Below, piece by piece: positions 31,233-40,447 of a stretch of 64,000 nt of DNA. This DNA is from Myxococcota bacterium. Its GTDB lineage: Bacteria; Myxococcota_A; Polyangia; Nannocystales; Nannocystaceae. The stretch's first letter is position 1, and each line of letters begins with the position of its first letter. The translations under genes were made by a program, and so were the position numbers. The stretch covers positions 1-64,000 of the forward strand of contig JBCCHT010000040.1 in assembly GCA_039028615.1 (NCBI GenBank), in the 5' to 3' direction. The notes under the pieces were generated by a model. It worked only from the letters and a program-made list of their open reading frames with translations. It had not been told where the DNA came from and made no database searches.

Positions 31233-32186
31233 GTGTTCTCGCGGCGGCGACCCAACCTCTCGGGTATCTCCGAGGGGTTGCTGTGGCCGCTGTACAACCG
31301 CGCCGCGCATGCGCGTCAGCCCGACCTGAGCTTCGACGATCCCAAGAGCGTGGCACTGGTCGAGAGCATCGACTATCCCTTCGAGCGCCACTTCGGCCGG
31401 CCCAACGCCGTCGAATTCGCGCGAACGCTGGCCGTCGATCGGCTCCTGGTGCGATGGTTGGTCACCCACCCGCGCGGCACGGTCGTCAGCCTGTGCGAAG
31501 GCCTCGAGACCCGGTTTTGGCGGGTCGACAACGGCTCCGTGCGATGGCTGAGCCTCGACGGATCGGCGGCCATCGATACCCGGGCCCGGCTGCTCCCGAG
31601 TGAAGCCCGACACCGCAACTTGCGATGCTCGCCCGTGGACCCGGGCTGGCGCGACGAGGTCGATCCGCGGGGCGGGGTGTTCGTGGACATCGGTGCCTCG
31701 TGCGGTCGGCTCGAGCCCTTCGCGGTGCGTCGGTTGCTGGTCTCCATCGCACAACGGTTCCCCCACGCGCAGCTGGTGCTGGACGTGATGCCGCGGGTGC
31801 GCACCCAGGATCGACGTCGACCCGTCGTGCGCGGGCCGATGCCGCTCGTCCCGTGGGGCCTCGACCGTCACGAGCTGGAGGAGATCTGCACCTGGCATCC
31901 CAACCTCGGCATGCTCCATGAAGTCGAGTTGGTCGACGCGGGGGGCTGGATGTCGTCGTTGTGGAAGATCGGTGGGCGGCGCTGGTCGGGGCGGAGCGAC
32001 GGCTGCCGACCCGCCCTGGTCCAGGTGCAGTGCGAGCCTCGGCTCCGTACCGAGCTGGCTGCGTTGAGCCCGGGCTCGAGTCGACTCGACGCTGATCCCC
32101 AGCCCGTACGGGGACTGCGCAAGTCGTCCAGATCCGGCGAGCCCGGTTCGTCGTGGAGCTCCGGGTCGTGGGCCCCGTCACGGTGA
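31233..32186 (+). CDS. Leucine carboxyl methyltransferase / TcmP-like SAM-dependent O-methyltransferase (divergent)
   Basis: LSGISEGLLWPLYNRA, FDDP.SVALVESIDYPF and TVVSLCEGLETRFWRVDNG. Later motifs are divergent. Confidence 0.78.
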   Translation: MFSRRRPNLSGISEGLLWPLYNRAAHARQPDLSFDDPKSVALVESIDYPFERHFGRPNAVEFARTLAVDRLLVRWLVTHPRGTVVSLCEGLETRFWRVDNGSVRWLSLDGSAAIDTRARLLPSEARHRNLRCSPVDPGWRDEVDPRGGVFVDIGASCGRLEPFAVRRLLVSIAQRFPHAQLVLDVMPRVRTQDRRRPVVRGPMPLVPWGLDRHELEEICTWHPNLGMLHEVELVDAGGWMSSLWKIGGRRWSGRSDGCRPALVQVQCEPRLRTELAALSPGSSRLDADPQPVRGLRKSSRSGEPGSSWSSGSWAPSR

Positions 32187-32294
32187 TGCTCGTTCGGCGG
32201 CCGTTGGCTGCGCGTGCCTGAGGCTCGGGTTCGAGCCTGACCACCGCCCCTGCGCTCGGGTGGTCAGCGCCCCCAGGGCGGCTACCCTGGGGCC

Positions 32295-33545
32295 ATGCTT
32301 AGTTTACGTTGCCTAGTAGCCTTGACTCCGCTGGTTGCGGTCGCGGTCATGGCTCCCCGACCGGCCGAGGCGTGCTCCCCCGATCCGTGTCAGGACTCCA
32401 ACCGCTGGGTTGGCTTCGACCTGTCGGGCACGATCATCGCCCCCGATGGTGTGCTGCGGTTTTCCGCCGAGCGCCTGCCGGGGCCGGCGACGACCGAGGA
32501 CGCGCTCGCGTACGTCGAGGTGACGGTCACCGATGAGATGGGCGCAACCATCGACGGCGCGCTCGAGTACCACGACGACTACCGGGCCTACGCCTGGCGG
32601 CCGGCGGAGTCGCTGACCCCGAGCAGTGCCTACGGGGTGTCGATCAACGTCGACAACGATGCGCTGGCCGAGGCGCTCGACGAAAAGTGGATCGCCATGG
32701 AGTCGTTCTGTGGGGAGAACTTCGCGACCGTCGGCATGATCGAGACGGCGAGCGAGCCCCTCGAGGCGCTGTCCCTGCCCGATCCTCTGTTGCATGACAC
32801 CCACCACGTCGTCGAGATCGTCGATCTCGATACGCTGGCCTGCTGCAACGGGGCCTACCCCCTGCAAGAGGACCAAGGGTGTGGGTGGTACGAGGTGAGC
32901 TGGGCGGACGGGCACTGCTCGTCGACGATGGCTTCGGGCACGCTCGAGGTCGAGGGGAGAATTTCCTTCGTCGAGCCCGAGGTGCTGGCCAATACGGTGG
33001 TCCGACTCGTCCAGACCGACGGTGATCGGCACAGCGCCAGCCCGGCCGGATCCCTGGCCGCATCGTTTCGGCACGACAGCCCGCTGTGTGTACAGCTCGA
33101 GGGCTACGACTTGGCCCACGGCACGACGTGGCTGAGCAAGGAGGAGTGCTTCGGGGAGGGCATCGCCGACCAGCTGGGGGTCCACGAGACCGACCCGACC
33201 GATGAGCTGTGGGACTCCTGCACCGAGCAGCCCTATACCTGCGAATCCGTCGACGGGGCGTGGGATCCGAAGCAGTGCATGCCCTTCGGCCCTCCATTCC
33301 CGGCCGGGTCCGACGAGGAGCTGCTCACCGACGACGGCACGGTGCCGGGCGAGACCGGGCTGGGTACCGGGTCGCAGGCGGATGGCAGCGGGACCGGTGT
33401 CGGGACGGGTGATGGCGGCGGAGGTGGCCAGGACGACGACGTCAGCGGCCGCGGTTGCTCGTGCCAGCAAAGCGGCCATACGGGCGGCCTCGCCGGTCTG
33501 TGGCTGCTGGTCGCCGGGGCTGCGCTTCGCCGACGTCGACGCTGA
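32295..33545 (+). CDS. Cys-rich surface protein with MYXO-CTERM sorting signal
   Basis: Signal peptide ending AEA-C, Ig-like region and C-terminal GCSC...GGLAGLWLLVAGAALRRRRR. Confidence 0.88.
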   Translation: MLSLRCLVALTPLVAVAVMAPRPAEACSPDPCQDSNRWVGFDLSGTIIAPDGVLRFSAERLPGPATTEDALAYVEVTVTDEMGATIDGALEYHDDYRAYAWRPAESLTPSSAYGVSINVDNDALAEALDEKWIAMESFCGENFATVGMIETASEPLEALSLPDPLLHDTHHVVEIVDLDTLACCNGAYPLQEDQGCGWYEVSWADGHCSSTMASGTLEVEGRISFVEPEVLANTVVRLVQTDGDRHSASPAGSLAASFRHDSPLCVQLEGYDLAHGTTWLSKEECFGEGIADQLGVHETDPTDELWDSCTEQPYTCESVDGAWDPKQCMPFGPPFPAGSDEELLTDDGTVPGETGLGTGSQADGSGTGVGTGDGGGGGQDDDVSGRGCSCQQSGHTGGLAGLWLLVAGAALRRRRR

Positions 33546-33734
33546 ACGGAAGAGGGCCGCCGCCCGTGCACGGGGCACGAGCGGCGGCCAGAGGTACGAC
33601 GCGAGGGACTCGGGCCCGCGCCAGCCGTGGCCACGCTGGACCGTCGAGCCATGCACGCGTGGCTCGAGCACTACGGGGTGTCACATTGTCGATTGGTTTC
33701 GCCCGCAGGGTGAACCCGGGCGCGCGGACGAAGA

Positions 33735-34145
33735 TCAGTCGACGTGAACCGGCGCCTCGGAGGAATAGCCGTGGCGCACGCGAATGAAGGGGTCCGAGTA
33801 GATGTTCGTCGAGGCCTGGCTGGCGTGGATCCGCCACTCGACCTGGCCATCGGCGACTTGCACGTCGAGGCAGTCTTGGTCCGGTCCCCAGGTCGAGCCG
33901 CTCTTGCGCTGAAACTTGAAGGTCCAGCTCGACGACGAGTTGGAGGACACGCTCACCTGGCACTTGCCGTCTTTGTCACCGTTGTCTTCGATCTGGTCGT
34001 TGCAGCTCAGGGGGTTGACCGGGTTCATCTGCTGGGTGCAGTCGTGGTCGGTGAAGACGGTGCCGGTCGGGCTGATGCTCATGTTGTTGGACTCGACGAT
34101 GCACTTGATTTCGACGTCGCGGTTATCGATGTAGTACGTGGTCAT
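33735..34145 (-). CDS. Small beta-rich hypothetical protein with C-terminal DPxIxV motif
   Basis: 136 aa. Its ATG overlaps the kinase stop (ATGA) and it has a purine-rich SD GGAAAGGAAG, good GC3 bias, YSDPFIRV near the C-terminus and no signal peptide. Confidence 0.8.
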   Translation of the reverse strand: MTTYYIDNRDVEIKCIVESNNMSISPTGTVFTDHDCTQQMNPVNPLSCNDQIEDNGDKDGKCQVSVSSNSSSSWTFKFQRKSGSTWGPDQDCLDVQVADGQVEWRIHASQASTNIYSDPFIRVRHGYSSEAPVHVD

Positions 34146-37036
34146 GGGTCTGCTTCCTTTCCGGTGAGCCACCGGTTGATCGTGTTGGTGCGTTGTTGGC
34201 CGAGGGGGCCGAGGGCTTCGAAACCTTCACGAGCCTCCTTCGCCAGCGCGACGGCTCGGGTGGGGTCGGTGGTCGCTCGGGCGAGAGCCCACTGGATGCT
34301 GGCGAGGTTGTCGATGTCCCCGGGCTCGGCCTCGCGCAGCTCGAGGGCGCGTCGCAGCAACGGCCGGGCGCGCTCGGGGTGACCGAGCTCGAGCTCGGCC
34401 TCGCCCAGGCCCCGCATCGGGTACGAGAGCATCACGTCTTTGGGGCCCAAGGCGGGCTCGAGGCGGCCGAGCGCGGCGGAAAACTGGTCGTGCGCGGCCT
34501 GGAAGCGCCCCTGCCCGAGACGGCACTCACCCACGTTGCTCACCAGCAGGGCTCGCCATACGGGGTCGGCATCGGGCACTTCGTCCCAGGCGTCGATCGC
34601 CCGCAGGTAGCGACCGATGGCCAGCTCGTAGCTGCCCTGCAGCTGCGCCACGCTGCCCAAGACTCCCAAGACGTCGGCGCGTTGAGGCGCATCGATGAGC
34701 CCGGTTCGGCTGGCATCGAGGGCGGCGGAGGCCTTGGCGGCGTGGGCCCGGGCATCGTCGAGCTCCCCGGTCACCAGGGCCAGCTGGGTCAGGCCGATCT
34801 CGGCCACCACCACCATCGGGGTGGCCTCGCCCGCGGACTGCTCGTAGATCGCCAGGGCTTGCTCGTACTGGGTGCGCGCGATCTCGTCGTGGCCGAGTCG
34901 CGCGTGCAGCGTGGCGAGGTCGAGGTGCAAGTTCGCGGTGTTGACGTGCGCTCCGAGGGCTTCGTCGGCGACCTCGAGGCCGGCCTCGTAGTGCTCGATC
35001 GCTGGTCGATGCCGCCCGGACAGATCGTAGGCGGAGGCGAGATCGAGGTGGGACCGCACGAGGTCGACGTGAGAGCCCGGCGGCGCGTCTTGGTGCCAGG
35101 CCAGGACTTCGGTGAACGCATCGATGGCCAGCGGGTAGTCGCGATGCAGCAGGGCGACCTTGCCCTCGCGGCGACGCAGCTCCATGGTGCGCACCGGGTC
35201 GTTGCCGAGCCGGGCGAGCTTGGCTCGGGCTTGTCGAACCCAGGCATCGGCCGCGGTGGCGCGCTCGACCTGCGCCGCGAGGTCGGCGAGGCTCATCAGC
35301 ACGGTGAACGCGGTGTCGTCGTCGCGGCTCGACTCGGCCAGGGTCAGGGCGGCGGACAAGTCGGTGTCGGCTCGATCGAACTGCCGGGTCTGGACCCGCA
35401 GCCATCCCCGCTCCGCCAGCGCCTCGGCGTGCAGCGGCGCATGGTCGAGGGCGGCGGCTCGGCTGACGATCTGGTGGGTCTGGGTCAGCGCGGCGCGGTG
35501 TTCTCCGAGCCGCCCGCGAGCGCGCGCCGAAGCGAGCGCCCGGCGTTGCTCCGCGACGGAGCCGGCGATCTGGGCGGGAGCGGGAGGCGGGCCGTCGAGC
35601 AGCCGCTGCGTCTCGGCGCACGGGTGCAGGCTGGGCAGGCCTGCGGCGGCGACAGGGGCGTGGGCTCGCCCCGCGTCATCCGTCCGGCTCACCGCGTCCA
35701 CGAGCGCCCGAAAGTGGATCATGCGCGTGTCGAGGCACGCGGTGCGCCGCTCGTAGCCGCCCGCGCCGATGGTCCGCTGCTCGAAGTGGGCATCGCAGGC
35801 CTCGGCCCGTTGCTCGACCCAGTCGCTGGCGTAGGCATCGAGGATGGGCGCGAGCCGCTGCCATGCCCGTCCACCCGCGTCCGTCTCCGCCTGCATCGCG
35901 GTCTCGAGCTCGGCGCGCTGACGGGAGGTCCACCCGGGGGCGGAGGCGTGGGTGAGGCCCTCGCAGGGCTGCTCGGCGGGCCACAGCGCGGCCGTGAACG
36001 CGCCTACGCTCAGCAGCGCGGAGCCGGCCAGGCCCAGGTGGAGCCGGGTTCGTCTCCGCAGGCCCCGTTCGAGAGCACCCAGCAGCGCGGTCATGTCGGG
36101 GTGACGCCGCTGTGGATCGAGGGCCAGGCCGCGGCTCACCACCGCGACGAGCCACGGGGGCGGGGGGCGATGGTCTCCGCTACGACCGGGCCACGTCAGC
36201 GGCTCGCGCTGGGCGACGGTGAGGGCCTCGACGGTCTCGGCGTGAAACGGTCGCTGGCCGCAGAGCGCCTCGAAGAGCGCGACACAGAAGCTGAACTGGT
36301 CGCTGCGGGCGTCGGCGCTCTTGCGCTGCAGCTGTTCGGGCGCCATGTACAGCAGCGTGCCCATGAGGCTGCCGGCCTTGGTCAGCGGAGCGGAGCCGGC
36401 CTCGGAGTTTCCGGTCACGGAATCCGAGGGCGAAGAGGGGAGCCCCACGTCGCGCGCCAGGCCGAAGTCGAGGACCCGCACCTGACCGTCCTCTTCGACG
36501 ATGCAGTTGTGGGGCTTGAAGTCGCGGTGCACGAGGCCCTGGGCATGCGCGGCCGCGAGCCCTCGTCCCGCGTCGAGATAGTGCTGCACCACCGAGCGCC
36601 AAGGCCGAGGCTCGGCCCCCTGCCACTGGGCCAGGGTCTGGCCGCGGGCCAGCTCCATCGCGATGAAGGGGCAGCCCTCGATGATCCCCGTGTCGTAGAT
36701 CTGCACGACGTTCGGGTGGGAGAGGCGGGCGAGGGCGCGGGCCTCCCGGAGCATGCGGGCACGAGCGCGGTGACCCGGGTCGCGACGGCGTAGCAGCTTG
36801 AGCGCGACCGGCCGTCCCAGGGTCTCGTCTTGGGCCTCGAACACCATGCCCATGCCGCCGCGACCGAGGAAACCGTGGACCAGGAAGCGGCCGAGCTCAC
36901 GGTGGGGCAGCGGGGTATTGGTGAGCTCCGCCCAGGCGACATCCTTGTGCAGCGCGGCCACCACCCCGGCGCTTGCATCGTCGGAACCGTACGAACCCGG
37001 TTCTGGAGAGTCTTCGTCGGAGATGGTGTGGTTCAT
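34142..37036 (-). CDS. Transmembrane Ser/Thr kinase with extracytoplasmic Cys domain and TPR repeats
   Basis: GRGGMG, VALK, HRDFKPHN, DFG and APE motifs; TM segment LGLAGSALLSVGAFTAALW; TPR-like C-terminal half. Confidence 0.92.
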   Translation of the reverse strand: MNHTISDEDSPEPGSYGSDDASAGVVAALHKDVAWAELTNTPLPHRELGRFLVHGFLGRGGMGMVFEAQDETLGRPVALKLLRRRDPGHRARARMLREARALARLSHPNVVQIYDTGIIEGCPFIAMELARGQTLAQWQGAEPRPWRSVVQHYLDAGRGLAAAHAQGLVHRDFKPHNCIVEEDGQVRVLDFGLARDVGLPSSPSDSVTGNSEAGSAPLTKAGSLMGTLLYMAPEQLQRKSADARSDQFSFCVALFEALCGQRPFHAETVEALTVAQREPLTWPGRSGDHRPPPPWLVAVVSRGLALDPQRRHPDMTALLGALERGLRRRTRLHLGLAGSALLSVGAFTAALWPAEQPCEGLTHASAPGWTSRQRAELETAMQAETDAGGRAWQRLAPILDAYASDWVEQRAEACDAHFEQRTIGAGGYERRTACLDTRMIHFRALVDAVSRTDDAGRAHAPVAAAGLPSLHPCAETQRLLDGPPPAPAQIAGSVAEQRRALASARARGRLGEHRAALTQTHQIVSRAAALDHAPLHAEALAERGWLRVQTRQFDRADTDLSAALTLAESSRDDDTAFTVLMSLADLAAQVERATAADAWVRQARAKLARLGNDPVRTMELRRREGKVALLHRDYPLAIDAFTEVLAWHQDAPPGSHVDLVRSHLDLASAYDLSGRHRPAIEHYEAGLEVADEALGAHVNTANLHLDLATLHARLGHDEIARTQYEQALAIYEQSAGEATPMVVVAEIGLTQLALVTGELDDARAHAAKASAALDASRTGLIDAPQRADVLGVLGSVAQLQGSYELAIGRYLRAIDAWDEVPDADPVWRALLVSNVGECRLGQGRFQAAHDQFSAALGRLEPALGPKDVMLSYPMRGLGEAELELGHPERARPLLRRALELREAEPGDIDNLASIQWALARATTDPTRAVALAKEAREGFEALGPLGQQRTNTINRWLTGKEADP

Positions 37037-37141
37037 GCGTCGGGGAGCCCCGGTGCGCTCCTGGGCAATGCTCGACGAGGCAGTCGGTGCGCGCCTTCGG
37101 CTGATCACGTCATCGGGAAAAAATGTCGGCGGCAGTGCGGC

Positions 37142-37747
37142 CTACAGGAGGGAGCTGCGAACGCGTCGGGCCCAGCCCTCGAGGTCTTCGGGGACCGCCT
37201 CGGACTCGGTGGGGGTCGAAAGCTCCTGCAACACGCGACGCAGCTGCTCTCGGCCTCGTCGCAGGCGGCTGCGGGCGGTCCCGGCCGGAATGTCGAGCGC
37301 GGTCGCAATCTCGAACGAGCTCATCTCCTCCCAGTAGAACATCTCGAGCACGATCTGCAGCTCGAGCGGGATCCGTCGCAAGGCGGCGAGCAGCATGCGC
37401 TGGTCATCGTTGCCGCGGACCACCGTGCTGGGACCGGGAGCGAGGTCTTCGAAGGAGCACGAGTCGAGACCCTCGGCGATGCCGTGCCGATAGCGGCGAC
37501 GGTAGTGCTCGCGCAGGCGGTTGTAGGCGACGCTGAACAGGTACGATCGGAAGTTGGCGTCTTCGCGGATCCGACTCGAGCCGCGGACGCAGGCGGCAAA
37601 GACGTCTTGCACGAAGTCCTCGGGTTCCGCGTCGACCTTGTTGAGGAAGAACCGGCTCAGGGCGTCGAAGTATCGCTCGAAGAGCGCGCGCCCTGCCTTG
37701 GAGTCGCCGGCACGCCAGCTCGCCAGTAGCTCCGCGTCTCCCTGCAT
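37142..37747 (-). CDS. ECF-type RNA polymerase sigma factor (kinase-associated)
   Basis: EDFVQDVF, FRSYLFSVAYN and region 4 SSFEIATALDIPAGTARSRLRRGR. Confidence 0.93.
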   Translation of the reverse strand: MQGDAELLASWRAGDSKAGRALFERYFDALSRFFLNKVDAEPEDFVQDVFAACVRGSSRIREDANFRSYLFSVAYNRLREHYRRRYRHGIAEGLDSCSFEDLAPGPSTVVRGNDDQRMLLAALRRIPLELQIVLEMFYWEEMSSFEIATALDIPAGTARSRLRRGREQLRRVLQELSTPTESEAVPEDLEGWARRVRSSLL

Positions 37748-37894
37748 GGGCGCCGAGCGTACTACGCAGACCTGCGGTCGCGACGGAACAATCGCGGCCC
37801 GGTTGGGGCCCGAATCGTCAGCCGAGCGATTGCGCGCGAACGGGCCCCGACGGCGAAGGCCAGGACCCGTGATGAGGATGAGCGCGGGGGAGGG

Positions 37895-38650
37895 TCAGAG
37901 CATGAGCGCCGCGAGCCCGCCGAACGCGAACGAGACCGACAGCGGGGTATACAGCTCGTCGTCGAGCTGGCCGAAGCGGGTGTCGCGTTGCTTCTTGCTG
38001 AAGCCGACATAGCGCCCGTCCCCCACGGCTCGTACGCCGAACACGAGCGTCGCGAAGATGACGAGCAGGTCGAGGCCGGGCATCGCGATGCCCAGCGCTC
38101 GCAGCGTGAACAGGGTTGCCGTGCTCAGCAGCGCCACGCCGACGCCAGCGGTGAGCCACGCGGGGGGTTGGAACACGGGCCCACCGCCGGGCTCGGTGGG
38201 GATGGCGGCCGAGAGATCGATGTGGGGTCGCGCCGCCCAGTACAGGTGAATGAGGCCGATGACCGCCAGCGTGGCGGCAGCCGAGATGCTGACGCCGAGC
38301 AGTAGACCAGGGCTCAATAGTTCACTCTGCGCCGCGGCAGCTGCGGCGGTGCCGAAGAACAGCGGCCACGCCAGGTGCCCGCGCAGGGTGAAGAAGATGA
38401 CGAGGCCCGACACGGCGGCCACGGCCGCGAGCACGACCCAGATCGACGCGCCCAGGGCGATGGCGGCGAGACCGAGCCAGGCGAGCGACGTCAGGTGCCA
38501 TGCGAAGCGAAGGATGCGCTCGGAGGCCCAGCGGGGGATGGGCAATTCCCAGTCGCGAGCGAAGAGGGGGCGGATGAGACCGAGTTCGCCGAGGACCGAG
38601 TGGGCGACGGCGAGCAGGCTGAAACCGGCTGCAGTGATGACAGGAGCCAT
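37895..38650 (-). CDS. Membrane protein with DUF3995-like C-terminal domain
   Basis: Multi-TM protein with IHLYWAA...FQPP...RAVGDGRYVGFSK...TRFGQLDDELYTPL. Confidence 0.78.
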   Translation of the reverse strand: MAPVITAAGFSLLAVAHSVLGELGLIRPLFARDWELPIPRWASERILRFAWHLTSLAWLGLAAIALGASIWVVLAAVAAVSGLVIFFTLRGHLAWPLFFGTAAAAAAQSELLSPGLLLGVSISAAATLAVIGLIHLYWAARPHIDLSAAIPTEPGGGPVFQPPAWLTAGVGVALLSTATLFTLRALGIAMPGLDLLVIFATLVFGVRAVGDGRYVGFSKKQRDTRFGQLDDELYTPLSVSFAFGGLAALML

Positions 38651-38673
38651 GAAAACACGCCTTCTAGTGGGGT

Positions 38674-38724
38674 GACCATACCGGGTGGTATGGTCGGGTT
38701 GTTCGGAACATACCACCTGGTATG
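38674..38724. promoter_or_regulatory. Two TetR operator-like palindromes (CATACC-N4-GGTATG)
   Basis: GACCATACC-GGGT-GGTATGGTC (38674-38695) and CATACC-ACCT-GGTATG (38709-38724) lie between the divergent tetR and membrane genes. Confidence 0.82.
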
Positions 38725-38746
38725 GTGGGCGCAACGAAGATCGTTC

Positions 38747-39298
38747 ATGGCTCGACTGGAACGCGACGATTGGTTGAAGGCGGCCTTTGCCGCCCTGTGC
38801 GAGTCCGGGGTGCAGCAGGTCCGCATCAACCCGCTCTGTGCTCGGCTGGGCGTGACCAAGGGCAGCTTCTATTGGCACTTCGAAAGCCGAGCCGCGTTGC
38901 TGGCCGCGATGCTCGAGGGCTGGGAGCAGCGCGGCACCGAGGCGATCATCGAGAGGGTGGACGGGGCCGACGGGGATGCGACCGATCACCTGCGGCTGTT
39001 GGTACGCACGGTCTTTGCCGAAGATCCCGAGGTCGACGGCATCGAAGCCGGGATCCGGGCCTGGGCCGCGCACGACCCCATGGCCGCGGAGGCGGTGGCC
39101 AGGGTGGATGCCCGCCGGCTCGATTATGTCCGCGACCTGCTGCGGGCCACCGGGCTCAGTCGGGCGGTCGCGGCCCATCGCAGCGCGCTGCTGTATCGCA
39201 CGCTGATCGGCGAGTTCACCTGGCGCAGCCACGGCGGCGAGGCGCTGAGCACCCGCGCGCTCGATCAGCTGTGCACGATGATCACGAGCGAGCGCTAG
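38747..39298 (+). CDS. TetR/AcrR family transcriptional regulator
   Basis: HTH motif LCARLGVTKGSFYWHFESR. Confidence 0.93.
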   Translation: MARLERDDWLKAAFAALCESGVQQVRINPLCARLGVTKGSFYWHFESRAALLAAMLEGWEQRGTEAIIERVDGADGDATDHLRLLVRTVFAEDPEVDGIEAGIRAWAAHDPMAAEAVARVDARRLDYVRDLLRATGLSRAVAAHRSALLYRTLIGEFTWRSHGGEALSTRALDQLCTMITSER

Positions 39299-40286
39299 AG
39301 CGCTGGAGGTTGAAGCCGGCGCCCATGCACTCGTCGTCGGTCTGCACGAAATCGCTGACCTGCACCACGGCGGAGCGCAGCCACTTGTTGGCGGGGTCCT
39401 CGTCGAAGCGCTCGTGCCAGGTCATCACCAGCAGCGTGTCGGGCAAGGCCACGGGCGGCTCGAGCAGCGACAGCGAGAGCATGCCGGCCAGGGTCTCGGC
39501 GAGCCCGCGCGCCAGGGTCACCGCGAGGTCGGAGGTCGCGGCCATGAACAAGCTGCTGGAAAAATGGGTGATGCGAGCGATGACGTCGCGCTCGAGGCCG
39601 CGAGCGGCGAGCGCTTCGTCGATGGGGGACTGCCCCAGGCCGCCTGGCGGGTGCAGCTGGATGTGGCGCAACGCCAGGTAGCGCTCGAGGGTGAGCCCGC
39701 CTTCGGCCTCGGCCTGGGCGACGACGGGGTGACCGTTGCGGACCACGCAGGCCCACGGCTCGCGCGCCAGCACTCGCCGACGCAGGCCCGGGAACTTGGC
39801 GCCGATGGTGGTCTCGATGTCCGGGCCGATGACCAGGTCGACCTCGCCTTCCTGCAGCGCCACCATCGTGCTCGGCCCGAGGGGGCGCCCGTGCACGCGG
39901 ATCCCCGGAGCCTCGCGCGACAGCAGCTCGAGCAGCGGAGGCAAGCCGAGCATCTCCACTGCGTCCTTGGTGGCGATGGTGAAGGTGCGCTCGGCGGTGG
40001 CGGGGTCGAAGGACAGCTCGCCGCGGATGGCCCGGGTCAGGTCGAAGAGGGCGCGATGAACGGGCCCCTGCAGGGTCTCCGCCAGCGGGCTGGTGACCAT
40101 GCCGCCACGGCCTCCTACAAGTAGGGGATCGTCGAACATCTCTCGGAGGCGGCGGAGCTGGTGGCTCATTGCCGACTGACTGAGGCCCAGCTGTTTGGCG
40201 GCTCGGGTGACGCTGCGCTCGCGTAGGAGCGTGTCCAGGCTGACCAGCAGGTTCACGTCGATCTTGGATAGATGCATCTGCTGCAT
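39282..40286 (-). CDS. LysR family transcriptional regulator (NodD/LeuO-like)
   Basis: IDVNLLVSLDTLLRERSVTRAAKQLGLSQSAMSHQLRRLREMFDDPL and WHERFDEDPANKWLR. Confidence 0.94.
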   Translation of the reverse strand: MQQMHLSKIDVNLLVSLDTLLRERSVTRAAKQLGLSQSAMSHQLRRLREMFDDPLLVGGRGGMVTSPLAETLQGPVHRALFDLTRAIRGELSFDPATAERTFTIATKDAVEMLGLPPLLELLSREAPGIRVHGRPLGPSTMVALQEGEVDLVIGPDIETTIGAKFPGLRRRVLAREPWACVVRNGHPVVAQAEAEGGLTLERYLALRHIQLHPPGGLGQSPIDEALAARGLERDVIARITHFSSSLFMAATSDLAVTLARGLAETLAGMLSLSLLEPPVALPDTLLVMTWHERFDEDPANKWLRSAVVQVSDFVQTDDECMGAGFNLQRSSARS

Positions 40287-40301
40287 GGGGTCATCCGAAG
40301 G

Positions 40302-40316
40302 ATTCATTGGAAGAAT
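40302..40316. promoter_or_regulatory. Putative LysR T-N11-A binding site
   Basis: ATTC-N7-GAAT palindrome between lysR and the divergent monooxygenase. Confidence 0.45.
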
Positions 40317-40447
40317 ACATCCCTGGGTGCGAGCTTCCAGGCATAGAATCGACGTTCCCCGCTGCCGCCCGGCGGGGACATCGCGTTCATCGTCGCCGAT
40401 CGGCGAGCCCGACCGCGGCTCCGCGGCGTTCACCGAAGGACACGTCC

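Noticed and set aside
31230..31235. In-frame TAG-GTG junction suggesting read-through fusion of DUF3501 and the methyltransferase
   Set aside because: The two families are normally separate, an SD-like GGAGG lies just upstream of the GTG, and no recoding signal is visible. Abutting genes is the simpler explanation.
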